The translations under genes and the position numbers were made by a program. The notes under the pieces are model-generated. The model searched no databases and was not told the origin of the DNA. It saw only the letters and a list, made by a program, of their open reading frames with translations. A stretch of 64,000 bases of DNA, taken from positions 263,832-327,831 of the forward strand of contig CAWJRG010000010.1 in the NCBI GenBank assembly GCA_963845185.1. The letters run 5' to 3'. This document shows positions 43,663 through 53,105 of this stretch, piece by piece. This stretch comes from an uncultured bacterium. GTDB taxonomy: Bacteria > Oederibacteriota > PGYV01 > CAWJRG01. Each line of letters begins with the position of its first letter. Positions within the stretch are counted from its first letter, which is position 1.

Positions 43663-43720
43663 TATTATTATCCTTTAATTGTGGGAACAAACTTAATCTA
43701 ATGATAAAATTTCGAATCAT

Positions 43721-43748
43721 TTTATAATAAAATCATTGAATACGTCAA
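43721..43748 (-). promoter_or_regulatory. sigma70-type promoter of the gcv operon
   Basis: Minus strand: TTGACG (43748..43743), a 16-nt spacer, then TATAAA (43726..43721). The leader is about 55-60 nt. Confidence 0.45.
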
Positions 43749-43773
43749 GGGCATATATTTTTTTGTAATTACC

Positions 43774-44697
43774 CTACTCCGCAGGCTTTTTTGACCATAT
43801 ATTCGCCAGTATTGAACCTGTAACAATACACCATACAGCGAACAAAGCGTTCGGCAGGGCTGATTGCGGGCCCAAGTATTTCAAAGCCAGCACAGCTCCG
43901 AGTCCAGCGTTATGCATGCCGACTTCCAGCGTCAGCGTACGTCGCATCTTTTCCTTAAACCTATAAAGCATTCCAGCGGCGTATCCAATCACAAGCCCGA
44001 AAAAATTATGCAGGAAAACTGCCACAAAAATAATTATGTTCGCCTGCTGTAAATATTCCCTGTTAAGCGCCACCACCAGGCCGCAGATAAAAGCTATAAA
44101 GAGTGTTGAAATGGCCGGGAAGACCGCTTTTATTTTTTCAACCTGCTTTTTCATAAAATGCTTTATGGTAAATCCGACTAAAAGCGGCAATATCACCATC
44201 TGGATTATGCTGAAAAACATGGGCCAGAATGCCATTTTTATGTATGTACTCCCGTAGAAAAGCACAAGGGCGGGCGTGACAAAAGGCGCGAAAAAAGTTG
44301 TTGTGCTTGTAATCGCTATTGAGTAAGCCACGTCTGCTCCAGCAAGGTATGAAATTATGTTTGACGCCATTGCGCCAGGCGCCGAGCCTGCAAGTATCAG
44401 GCCTATGGCGAGGTTAGGAGGCAGCTTCAAAGTTTTTGCGAAGAACCACCCCAAAAACGACATTACCCCAAACTGCGTCAGCGTGCCGAGCAGAACCACA
44501 AAAGGATTTTTTAAAAGCGGCCTAAAATCTTCAGGCGACATGACAAAGCCTATGCCGAGCATGGCAAACATGAAGAAATAGTCAAGGTATGGCCTTAATA
44601 TGATAAGCGACTTAGGGAAAAGATATCCCGCAAAGCACACAAGCAATACCCAAACAACGAGAAACTTCGTAAACCAGCTACAGATTTTGTTAAACAT
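43774..44697 (-). CDS. bile acid:sodium symporter (BASS) family transporter
   Basis: About 307 aa with roughly 9-10 TM segments and a sequence pattern typical of the YocS/BASS family. The start is set at the ATG at 44697, which has an AGAGG SD. Confidence 0.75.
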   Translation of the reverse strand: MFNKICSWFTKFLVVWVLLVCFAGYLFPKSLIILRPYLDYFFMFAMLGIGFVMSPEDFRPLLKNPFVVLLGTLTQFGVMSFLGWFFAKTLKLPPNLAIGLILAGSAPGAMASNIISYLAGADVAYSIAITSTTTFFAPFVTPALVLFYGSTYIKMAFWPMFFSIIQMVILPLLVGFTIKHFMKKQVEKIKAVFPAISTLFIAFICGLVVALNREYLQQANIIIFVAVFLHNFFGLVIGYAAGMLYRFKEKMRRTLTLEVGMHNAGLGAVLALKYLGPQSALPNALFAVWCIVTGSILANIWSKKPAE

Positions 44698-44871
44698 TCG
44701 CAACCTCTATATGCCGTATAAAAAATATTTTTATTTAATTGCACTTCATTTTTCATTATCAGCCAAGTCTGAAAAAAAAGCAAGTCCAGGTTTGCATTTT
44801 TCAAATTGCTATAAAACTTGATCCCAGCCTTTCTTTTTGGCTTTATTTAAAGAATTTCGAGCATATAAAAT

Positions 44872-44906
44872 AAAAAAGCCCTCCCGGCTAAGGAAGGGCT
44901 TTTTTT
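44872..44906. terminator. bidirectional intrinsic terminator
   Basis: AAAAAA-GCCCTCC-cggctaa-GGAAGGGC-TTTTTTT. The GC-rich stem has one bulge and is flanked by an A-run and a T-run. Confidence 0.7.
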
Positions 44907-44991
44907 ACCGCCGCCGTTTGTTAGGTGTGAGCCACTTTTTCAAATGGCAAATGATATAAGGGGGTATATCAAAAGGTGTGAGGCGGCGGTA
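44906..44991 (-). ncRNA. candidate small RNA or leader element (GC clamp enclosing two hairpins), strand uncertain
   Basis: A perfect 10-bp clamp, TACCGCCGCC / GGCGGCGGTA, encloses two hairpins: GCCA-n10-TGGC and TGATATA-aggggg-TATATCA. There are two copies of AGGTGTGA. On the minus strand the element is followed directly by the terminator. Confidence 0.3.
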
Positions 44992-45363
44992 AATTGTAAA
45001 ACAGTCCAGGTCTTTTATGCCTCATTAATTGTTTGATATTTTCTTCATCTTTAAGCTTTATCAAATAGCTGTTATTCTCTTACTTAACTTATGCTGAAAG
45101 TTTACCATACGTTTTGTAATCTGTCAAGATATATTATAAAATATTTTCAATTAAAATATACAATAGATTTGCTGGTTTTTTTGTATGTTTTATTGTTATA
45201 CGCATAATAATATGCAAAATAGGCTATAAGTTGTAAACAATTGAGCCATTAGGGACAATTATACCAACAATTCATGATTAATATGAAACTCTTCGGTAAT
45301 ATCAAATGAGTCTTACATTGGACTGGTTTTATCGGACAGAAATGTTAAAATTGATATTTTAAA

Positions 45364-47085
45364 TTAGAAACTTTTTTCTTCCTTTACTATTTGCACAATT
45401 TTATCAAACACTGTTGTCTTATCCATCAGTTCAAAATCCTTGTTCCTTCTCAGTTTTATTTCTACTTTCCCATCTTTGAAATTCTTTTCGCCAACTGTCA
45501 CCCTTAACGGGAACCCTATCAAATCCGCGTCCTTGAATTTTGCGCCCGGGGATATGTCCCTGTCGTCTATTATCACATCTATGCCTGCGCCCTTTAATTT
45601 CTCGTACAAGTCAAAAGAGTATTTTACGCCTTCTTCATATTTCATGTTTACAGGGGTTATTACAGCTTCATACGGCGCTATTGCAAATGGCCATATTATC
45701 CCGTTTTCATCGTTATTCTGTTCGATCGCGGCAGCTACTATTCTGGTGATGCCTATGCCGTAACAGCCCATTATAAATTCCTTTGGTTTTCCATCTTCAT
45801 CAAGGAAAGTTGCCTTCATTGATTTGCTATATTTCGTGCCCAGGTAAAACACATGCCCGATCTCTATTCCCTTTTGTTCCGATAAAACACCGTTGCATTT
45901 CGGGCATCCGTCGCCTTTCTGTACTCTTATAATATCTGCTGTCATGTCCTCTTTAAAATCCCTGTTGCGGTTCACGCCAATATAATGATACTCATGTTCG
46001 TTACCGCCGCACACAATGTTTTTCATGGCTGCCACTGTGGTATCAATTATCAGCGTAATGCCTTTTTGCTTGATGTTTACCGGCCCTGCAAATCCTACAG
46101 GTGCGCCTGTTTGCGAAGTAATTTCTTCGGGCGTCGCAAGCCTTAACTCGGAAGCATTAAGCGCATTTTTTAATTTTATCTCGTTTATTTCCCTGTCGCC
46201 CCTCATCATTGCGGCAACCATTTTCCCGTCTGCAATATACAATATTGTCTTTGCGGTGTCCTCCGGCTTTTTATTAAGGAACCCTGCCAGTTCTTCAACT
46301 GTCCTGATGTTCGGGGTATGCACCTTTTCCATCTTTTCTTCAGGCGCGTCCCCGCCCTTATTTTCAATCTTTCCTGTTGCTTTTTCAACGTTTGCCGCGT
46401 AATCGCACTTTACGCAGTATACTATTGTCTCCTCGCCGGTATCGGCCAAAACCATAAATTCCGCAGAAGATGTGCCGCCTATTGCTCCCGGATCAGCCTC
46501 GACCGGCCGGTACTTGAAGCCTATCCTCTTGCAGATTTTGTCGTAAGTTTCATACATTTTTTTGTAAGCAATAAGCGCGTTTGGTTCGTCACGGTCAAAA
46601 GAATAGGCGTCTTTCATTATAAATTCGCGTGCCCTCATGACGCCGAAGCGTGGCCTTATCTCGTCGCGGAATTTTACCTGAATCTGATACAGGTTTATTG
46701 GAAGCTGCTTATAGGAACTTACCTGCCTGCGTATTATGTCGGTGATTACTTCCTCATGCGTTGGGCCCAGAGCCCATTCCTTGTCATGCCTGTCTTTTAG
46801 CCGCATCATCTCGCTGCCGTAAAGGTTCCAGCGCCCGGTTTCCTGCCAAAGCTCCGATGGCGAGAGTATCGGCATCAGGATTTCCTGCGCTCCTGCTTCA
46901 TTCATTTCCTCCCTTATTATATTAATCACTTTCATTGTGGACTTCCAGCCTAAAGGAAGCAGGTCGTAAATACCTGCACCGATTTTAATTATCAACCCTG
47001 CCCTGAGCATAAGCTTATGGCTTATAGTTTCAGCCTCTTTCGGTGTTTCCCTTATGGTATTGATAAACGCCTTTGTCCATCTCAT
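45364..47085 (-). CDS. proS: prolyl-tRNA synthetase (bacterial type with INS editing domain)
   Basis: It begins MRWTKAFINTIRETPKEAE and carries class II motifs (FRDEIRPRFGVMRAREF and GCYGIGITR). The start is set at the ATG at 47085, which has an AGGAGG SD. Confidence 0.95.
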   Translation of the reverse strand: MRWTKAFINTIRETPKEAETISHKLMLRAGLIIKIGAGIYDLLPLGWKSTMKVINIIREEMNEAGAQEILMPILSPSELWQETGRWNLYGSEMMRLKDRHDKEWALGPTHEEVITDIIRRQVSSYKQLPINLYQIQVKFRDEIRPRFGVMRAREFIMKDAYSFDRDEPNALIAYKKMYETYDKICKRIGFKYRPVEADPGAIGGTSSAEFMVLADTGEETIVYCVKCDYAANVEKATGKIENKGGDAPEEKMEKVHTPNIRTVEELAGFLNKKPEDTAKTILYIADGKMVAAMMRGDREINEIKLKNALNASELRLATPEEITSQTGAPVGFAGPVNIKQKGITLIIDTTVAAMKNIVCGGNEHEYHYIGVNRNRDFKEDMTADIIRVQKGDGCPKCNGVLSEQKGIEIGHVFYLGTKYSKSMKATFLDEDGKPKEFIMGCYGIGITRIVAAAIEQNNDENGIIWPFAIAPYEAVITPVNMKYEEGVKYSFDLYEKLKGAGIDVIIDDRDISPGAKFKDADLIGFPLRVTVGEKNFKDGKVEIKLRRNKDFELMDKTTVFDKIVQIVKEEKSF

Positions 47086-47135
47086 ATAATTTCCTCCTGG
47101 CATCTGTATTATATATTCATCTTCTGTTATAACTT

Positions 47136-47420
47136 TTAAGTTCCGGGAGGGAACATTAAATCCATGTCCCGCTTGACTCTTTCAGCTTTTTGTTCTTCGC
47201 CTTTATTTATGTATATTTGCTTTACGTGTTCGTATAATTCTTTGGCCTTCATTTTATCGCCAATTTCATAATACGATTTTGCAAGCGGCTCAACTATATA
47301 AGGGTCTTCCGGAAATTCTTTTCTCAAATTTTCATATTCGCTGATTGCTTTTACCCAATTTTTTGTGCTTGTGTAAACCCTCGCGCACCGCACCAGCACT
47401 AGCTTTGTCTTGTCGTCCAA
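47136..47420 (-). CDS. small TPR-like helical protein
   Basis: 94 aa with a helical repeat pattern (WVKAISEYENLRKEFPEDPY..AKSYYEIGDKMKAKELYE). Confidence 0.6.
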   Translation of the reverse strand: MDDKTKLVLVRCARVYTSTKNWVKAISEYENLRKEFPEDPYIVEPLAKSYYEIGDKMKAKELYEHVKQIYINKGEEQKAERVKRDMDLMFPPGT

Positions 47421-47426
47421 AAATAT

Positions 47427-48500
47427 TCATCCCTTTCCATTTAAAAATCTTCCCAGTTCCATTTCAAACTCCCGCAGCAAATTTTTTTTGCTTACCTTTT
47501 TTATTATAATGCCTTTTTTAAATATAACGCCTATTCCCCTGCCTCCAGCAATACCGATGTCAGCTTCTTTTGCCTCTCCCGGGCCGTTCACGCTGCAGCC
47601 CATTACCGCTATTTTTAAAGGTTTATCCAGTTTCATGGTTATTCTTTCGACCTTATGCGCAAGTTTTATTACATCTATTTCTGTCCTCGCGCATGTAGGG
47701 CATGATATTATATCAACCCCTCTTTTGCGGAGATTAAGGTTATCAAGTATCCTGTAGGCAACATAAACTTCTTTTTCAGGAGCTGCCGTCAAAGAAACCC
47801 TTATGGTATCGCCAAGCCCTTCGTTGAGCAAAATGCCCAGCCCCATTGACGACTTTATTAGCCCGCCAAGCTCGGTGCCTGCCTCCGTGATGCCTATGTG
47901 CAGGGGGTAATCCCTGTATTCCGAGAATAATTCATATGCCGCAACTGTTGTAATTACATCCGATGCTTTAAGCGATATGACTATGTCAAAAAACTTTTGT
48001 TTCTCAAAAAAACCGATATATTCAAGCAGTGATGCCACCATTTTATTCGCTTTAATGTTTCCGCTTTTTTTGCCCGGCAGACGGCCGGCGGTTTCCTTCA
48101 GCGAGCCTGAATTAACGCCTATTCTTATCGGGATTTTTCTTTTCTTGGCTTCTTGTATTATTGCCTTTACTTTTTCTTCCGACCCTATATTTCCCGGGTT
48201 TATCCTTATTTTATCAGCGCCAGCCCTGACAGATTCAATGGCAAGCCTGTAATCATAATGAATGTCTGCAACAAGCGGTATTTTAATCTTTCTTTTTATT
48301 TCGCCAATGGCTTTTGCGGAGTCCATATCAGGTACCCCTACCCTGATAATTTCGCATCCCACGGCTTCCAGTCCTTTAATCTGCCCTATTGTTGCCTTTA
48401 CATTCTTGGTCCTTGTACTTGTCATGGACTGCACCCGTATGGGATTGCCTCCGCCTATGATTAAATTGCCTATTTTAACTTTTCTGGTTGCCACGTTCAT
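47427..48500 (-). CDS. ispG: 4-hydroxy-3-methylbut-2-en-1-yl diphosphate synthase
   Basis: 357 aa with PIRVQSMT and C-terminal Fe-S cysteines (SCPTCART and GCSVNGPGE). Confidence 0.95.
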   Translation of the reverse strand: MNVATRKVKIGNLIIGGGNPIRVQSMTSTRTKNVKATIGQIKGLEAVGCEIIRVGVPDMDSAKAIGEIKRKIKIPLVADIHYDYRLAIESVRAGADKIRINPGNIGSEEKVKAIIQEAKKRKIPIRIGVNSGSLKETAGRLPGKKSGNIKANKMVASLLEYIGFFEKQKFFDIVISLKASDVITTVAAYELFSEYRDYPLHIGITEAGTELGGLIKSSMGLGILLNEGLGDTIRVSLTAAPEKEVYVAYRILDNLNLRKRGVDIISCPTCARTEIDVIKLAHKVERITMKLDKPLKIAVMGCSVNGPGEAKEADIGIAGGRGIGVIFKKGIIIKKVSKKNLLREFEMELGRFLNGKG

Positions 48501-49558
48501 CCGCCTTTGATTATCCTCATAATGTCGTTATATGTGACAAAAATAATCAGGGTTATTATAAGCGCCCATCCGAACTGCGCGAGCGCCTCCTGGACCTTCA
48601 GGCTCATTCTTTTTTTTGTAATAAACTCTATGAGAAAAATAAATACAAGGCCTCCGTCAAACGGAATAATGGGAAGCAGGTTAAACAAAGCCAGGTTAAT
48701 ATTTATAATTGCGATAAGCATTAAAAGATTTAAAATCCCTGTTTTCGCGACTTTCCATGTAATCTGCGCAACGCCTATTGGCCCTGCAATATCCGGAGCA
48801 ATTTTTCTTGTTATCATTTTATAAACGCCCTTGACTGTTAAAACCGTAAAAAACCAGGTTTGCTGGATTGCCCGGTTGCCGGCATCAATAATTCCTATTT
48901 TTTCCACTATAACATCCTGCTCGGACGGCATTATACCGATAAATGCCCTGTCTTTTTTGTCTTTTATCACGTCTTCCACTTCTTCAATCTTCGGTGTTAT
49001 TTTGAAATTCATGGTCTTGCCCGTCCTTTTTATAGTAATTAGAAGCGGGGCTCCTGTGCTTTTTGTTATTGCGTCTGTCAATTCGTCCCAGTATTTGATT
49101 TTATTGCCGTTTACTTCAATTATCTCGTCTCCCTTTTTCAGCCCTGAAGTTTCCGCAGGGTATCCTTTTTTTAATTCACCTACAACAGGCTTTAAATTCG
49201 GTATTCCCGAAATAAAAACAATCCACATTAAAATTATCGCAAGCAAATAATTCTGGACCACTCCGGCACAGCCAACGGCTATTTTCTTATAGGCAGGTTG
49301 GTTTAAAAAAGCACCTTCCCCGACTTTCTCAGCTTCTTCAGGCAGTTCGCCGGCAAGCTTGACATACCCGCCCAAAAACACAAGCAGGGATATGATATAT
49401 TCGGTCTCATTGCGCTTAAATCCGAAAATTTTCGGGCCCCACCCTATTGAAAAGCTCTCAACTTTGATTCCCAGCCTTTTTGCCACAACAAAATGCCCAA
49501 ACTCGTGAACGAATATGGTTAAACCGAGGGTTATTATTATATAAATTATTTCAAGCAT
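48497..49558 (-). CDS. rseP: RIP site-2 metalloprotease RseP (M50)
   Basis: 353 aa with HEFGHF at the N-terminus, a central PDZ domain, and an NLLPIIPFDGG motif. Confidence 0.93.
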   Translation of the reverse strand: MLEIIYIIITLGLTIFVHEFGHFVVAKRLGIKVESFSIGWGPKIFGFKRNETEYIISLLVFLGGYVKLAGELPEEAEKVGEGAFLNQPAYKKIAVGCAGVVQNYLLAIILMWIVFISGIPNLKPVVGELKKGYPAETSGLKKGDEIIEVNGNKIKYWDELTDAITKSTGAPLLITIKRTGKTMNFKITPKIEEVEDVIKDKKDRAFIGIMPSEQDVIVEKIGIIDAGNRAIQQTWFFTVLTVKGVYKMITRKIAPDIAGPIGVAQITWKVAKTGILNLLMLIAIININLALFNLLPIIPFDGGLVFIFLIEFITKKRMSLKVQEALAQFGWALIITLIIFVTYNDIMRIIKGG

Positions 49559-50699
49559 TTATTATGTCCTCCGTAAATTTTCTCGTTATTTTGTCAGCCG
49601 CCATTATATCATTTAAACTCGCATTTTTAACAGTTTTGTGCATTTTCATAGCTTTCTCTATATAATAAGGTATTTTATCAAAGGAAATCCTTTCTGCCAG
49701 AAAATTTTTCACTGCAACTTCGTTTGCCGCGTTCATGCACGCGGGCATTGTGCCTCCTGTTTTTCCAGCGCGAATAGCAAGGCCGAACGCCCTGAACTTC
49801 TTTAAATCAACAGGATGGAATTCAAGTTTTTTCAGCTCAGTTAACTTTAGCGGCTTGATGACGCCGTGTTTTCTTTCCGGGTAAGTGAGGGCATACATAA
49901 TCGGCAAACGCATATCCGGGTTTGACATCTGCGCTATCACCGAACCGTCTATGTATTCAACCATTGAATGTATTATGCTTTGCGGGTGGATTACAACATT
50001 GATTTTTTCATACGGTATGTTAAAAAGATAATGCGCTTCTATTACTTCGAGGCCTTTGTTCATGAGAGTGCCGGAATCTATGGTTATCTTTCTTCCCATT
50101 TTCCATGTCGGGTGGATAAGGGCCTGTTTAACCGTGACTTTTTTTAGCTGTTCCGCAGGATAATTTATAAATGCCCCGCCCGAGGCTGTGATAATAAGCC
50201 TTTTCACCTGTTCTATCTTATTCCCCTGCAGGCACTGGAATATGGCGCTGTGCTCGCTGTCAATCGGTATTATTTCAGCTCCGTACTTTTTTAATGCAGA
50301 TTTTATGATATCTCCTGCTATAATCAGTGACTCTTTGTTGGCGAGCGCGATTTTTTTGCCTGCCTTTATCGCTGCCATGAGCGGCGTTATTCCTGCCGCG
50401 CCGACAACGCTTATAAGCACTATATCAGCTTCTTTCAGTGAAGATATTTCAGCGAACCCCTGAAAACCGGTCAATACTTTTGTCCTGTCACAGGCATTCT
50501 TAAGCTCTTTTTCTTTTGTTTTATCAAGTATCGCCACGTATTTTGGACAATACTTTTTCATTTGTTTTTTCAGTTCTCTGGCATTATCATTCGCGGAAAT
50601 TGCCAGGACTTTGTAATCTTTAAGTACCTTGTCAAAAAGGTTAAGTGCTGATTTGCCTATGGATCCCGTGGAGCCTATTATGACCACTTTTTTTGCCAT
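49551..50699 (-). CDS. dxr: 1-deoxy-D-xylulose 5-phosphate reductoisomerase
   Basis: It begins MAKKVVIIGSTGSIGKSAL and carries LANKESL and IDSEHSAIFQ motifs. The start is set at the ATG at 50699, which has a GAGGGA SD. The ORF-track extension to 50819 reads through a GC palindrome. Confidence 0.95.
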   Translation of the reverse strand: MAKKVVIIGSTGSIGKSALNLFDKVLKDYKVLAISANDNARELKKQMKKYCPKYVAILDKTKEKELKNACDRTKVLTGFQGFAEISSLKEADIVLISVVGAAGITPLMAAIKAGKKIALANKESLIIAGDIIKSALKKYGAEIIPIDSEHSAIFQCLQGNKIEQVKRLIITASGGAFINYPAEQLKKVTVKQALIHPTWKMGRKITIDSGTLMNKGLEVIEAHYLFNIPYEKINVVIHPQSIIHSMVEYIDGSVIAQMSNPDMRLPIMYALTYPERKHGVIKPLKLTELKKLEFHPVDLKKFRAFGLAIRAGKTGGTMPACMNAANEVAVKNFLAERISFDKIPYYIEKAMKMHKTVKNASLNDIMAADKITRKFTEDIINA

Positions 50700-51143
50700 T
50701 GTTTCCCTCGTAAATACTGAATTACCTCCGGCTTTGTTGGAGGGTTTAAAAACTTCCCCTTCCCCCTCGACGGGGGAAGGATTAAATATTCCAGCGGAAT
50801 ATTTAATGGCGATAGTCAATAAAATTTATAATCAAGCATTCCTCGCCAGGAACGGGATGAGGGTGAAGTAGCGGCTGATTCCGTATCATTTCACGCCAAC
50901 ATCAGACCTCAAAACTTATTTTATTTAGTAGGGATTTAAAGTTTAACTTTTTTGTAAAACATGTGGATAAATTATAACACAAAACCCGGAAAATCATCTG
51001 TAAAATAATGTAAAAGAAGTTTTCGATGCAGAATATAAGGATATTGAAAGTCCACGAAGCGACAAAGAGAAATGGGGAACGAGGAAAAATTAAAAAGTGC
51101 AAAAATTTTAACTTAATAAAACCAAATCAGTTATTTTTTTTTA

Positions 51144-51404
51144 TTAATGGATTATGATTTTTGACTTTATTCTTTCTTTTATCTTTGAATATTTTTTATC
51201 TGCATACTCACAACTATAAGCAAATATAGTGTACAGGACTGAAAGTGACATCAAGATTGACATTATTGTACATAAATAAAATAAAAACCGCAATTCACTA
51301 AAATAATATTCAGATATTCCCATGCCAATCAAGCTGATCATCCAAACCAAAACGTTTTGATTAATGTAGTGCTTATCAATTTCGTCTGCAAGTTTACTCA
51401 TCAT
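51144..51404 (-). CDS. small hypothetical membrane protein
   Basis: 86 aa with two hydrophobic segments and no recognisable motif. It lies in an AT-rich insert. Confidence 0.3.
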   Translation of the reverse strand: MMSKLADEIDKHYINQNVLVWMISLIGMGISEYYFSELRFLFYLCTIMSILMSLSVLYTIFAYSCEYADKKYSKIKERIKSKIIIH

Positions 51405-51930
51405 TTTTCATCATCTTCCTTCTTTTTCGGCTTGTTCCAGTAGGGACTCTTGCTTGGGGCAAATTATTGGGACTTCATCCTTGTTTCTAGACACCCTTAT
51501 ATGATTGTAGCGTTAACACTTGAACCCATTTATCGCAATCCTAATCCTTGCCATAATAATACCCACGTTATTAAACATATTTAAACTGGTATTCGTAATA
51601 TCAAAATCAACCAGCCTGTTTTCATCATTAATTTTATCCCAAAAGGTATTTAAGTCAAGAAAATATATTTAATCTTTATAATTTTTATTACTATATTTTT
51701 CATTTAGCATTTTTAGAGGTTTCTTTAAATATCTGACCAATTTGCTCCTTCATATGGAGTTCCTGGAAAGCCCATATCAGCAGCGCCATTGTTTTTCAGC
51801 ATAAGCAAAAATACTGAAACAAAATAAAAAGATTATTACAGGTAAAAGTTTTTTCATAAAAGCCTCCCTTGGTGGTGCGTATTCAATTTCTCTTTACTTA
51901 CTTCCTTATTTTTCGGCAAAGCAGTTAAAA

Positions 51931-52968
51931 TCAATCCATTCTATTCATATTTGAAGAAATGTTTCCGATAAAAAATATATTATATATAATTTGAATTGAG
52001 CAAAGAAGGGTATAGAGACCAGATCTTATTTGCAATGACGAAAATAAAAATAGCAATGATACTATTGCTGTACAAGCGTTAATAATTATAGCAAAATACG
52101 CCGCCCATTTTTTCATCATTAATAATCCAATAATCGGAATTAAACCCAATAATGATCCTAATAAACCATACGGAAAAGCCAAAATAGCCAATATAAACAA
52201 ATTTATAATTCCTAAAACACAAAATAACGTGATAATAAACGGACGTTCAACACTCTTAGATATTGTTTCTTTTTTTTGGGCCGCAGCCAATGATTTATCT
52301 AATATTTCTCCACAATGTTTACATTTTATAGCTTCATAAAGTATTTCTTCAGCACAATAAGGACACTTTTTTGTTTTTGAGTGAAAAGTTTCAAAATTGT
52401 CATTAGCAATATCTTCTTCAGTAGACTCCGCGTTATATTCAGGTTTTTCATATGACTTGCTATAAGCTGTTTCCAGTATCCCTTCCTTATAAATCTCAAC
52501 TTTTTCAATGGTTCCGTCTTCATAATACCAAGTACTTTTTCCATCGGGCTTATCATTTTTATATTCTTGTGTTGATTCAATTTTTCCTGATTTATAATAC
52601 GTTTTGCTTACTCCAGATTCACAATTATTTACAAACTGTTCTTCGTGAAATAAATATCCTTCATTATGATACAATTTAAAAATGCCGTTTAGTATTTCCC
52701 CTTTTTTTTCCACAATTTTATCTCCGTCATAAATCCAACGCGCTATTTCTTTTGTGCCTAAATAAAATACCCGTGTTTCGGTATCAGACCATTTAGAAAT
52801 TTTTTCATCTTTAGATGGTTTTATACCGGATATATTTTTTATTGTGTCTTGGCGTTTTACTACATTATTAGGTTCGTTTTTTGTTGTGCTTTTTAAAAAT
52901 TCCCCACAATATCGGCACTTTATCGCGTCATCCTGTATTTCTTCGGCACAATAAGGGCATTTTTTCAT
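51931..52968 (-). CDS. double zinc-ribbon / MORN-variant repeat / C-terminal multi-TM protein
   Basis: 345 aa with two near-identical zinc ribbons: [22 protein letters not shown] and [26 protein letters not shown]/YwqK-like repeats lie between them ([35 protein letters not shown]). Three C-terminal TM segments follow. Confidence 0.7.
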   Translation of the reverse strand: MKKCPYCAEEIQDDAIKCRYCGEFLKSTTKNEPNNVVKRQDTIKNISGIKPSKDEKISKWSDTETRVFYLGTKEIARWIYDGDKIVEKKGEILNGIFKLYHNEGYLFHEEQFVNNCESGVSKTYYKSGKIESTQEYKNDKPDGKSTWYYEDGTIEKVEIYKEGILETAYSKSYEKPEYNAESTEEDIANDNFETFHSKTKKCPYCAEEILYEAIKCKHCGEILDKSLAAAQKKETISKSVERPFIITLFCVLGIINLFILAILAFPYGLLGSLLGLIPIIGLLMMKKWAAYFAIIINACTAIVSLLFLFSSLQIRSGLYTLLCSIQIIYNIFFIGNISSNMNRMD

Positions 52969-53105
52969 TGCCGCCTCCTGAAATTAGAATCAATTTTCAA
53001 GTGTAATTATATTCCCTGTTTACGGCTTTGTCAATAACGGCTACCTTCAAAAACCTCTTTCCTTCCCGCGTTTTTATCGTATGCAACCCTTCGTACATCT
53101 TTTTC

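Noticed and set aside
43663-43773. An expected glycine riboswitch upstream of gcvT.
   Set aside because: The leader is only about 55-60 nt, AT-rich, and lacks the conserved GGAGAG...CACCG-type cores of glycine aptamers. No such element is seen anywhere in the gcv cluster.
50700-50819. N-terminal extension of dxr (ORF-track start at 50819), and similarly 9971..10021 for the Memo-like gene.
   Set aside because: The extensions read through a GC palindrome (dxr) and through repeat copy C (Memo-like). Internal ATGs with good SDs give the canonical N-termini.
50902-51102. A 66-aa minus-strand ORF in the AT-rich insert.
   Set aside because: It has no SD, an odd composition and no motif. It is most likely a chance ORF in AT-rich sequence.
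51768-51857. A 26-aa signal-peptide-like ORF with a strong GGGAGG SD.
   Set aside because: It terminates 6 residues after a predicted AYA cleavage site. It looks like the truncated 5' remnant of a decayed gene rather than a functional peptide. It is noted only as evidence of gene decay in the island.
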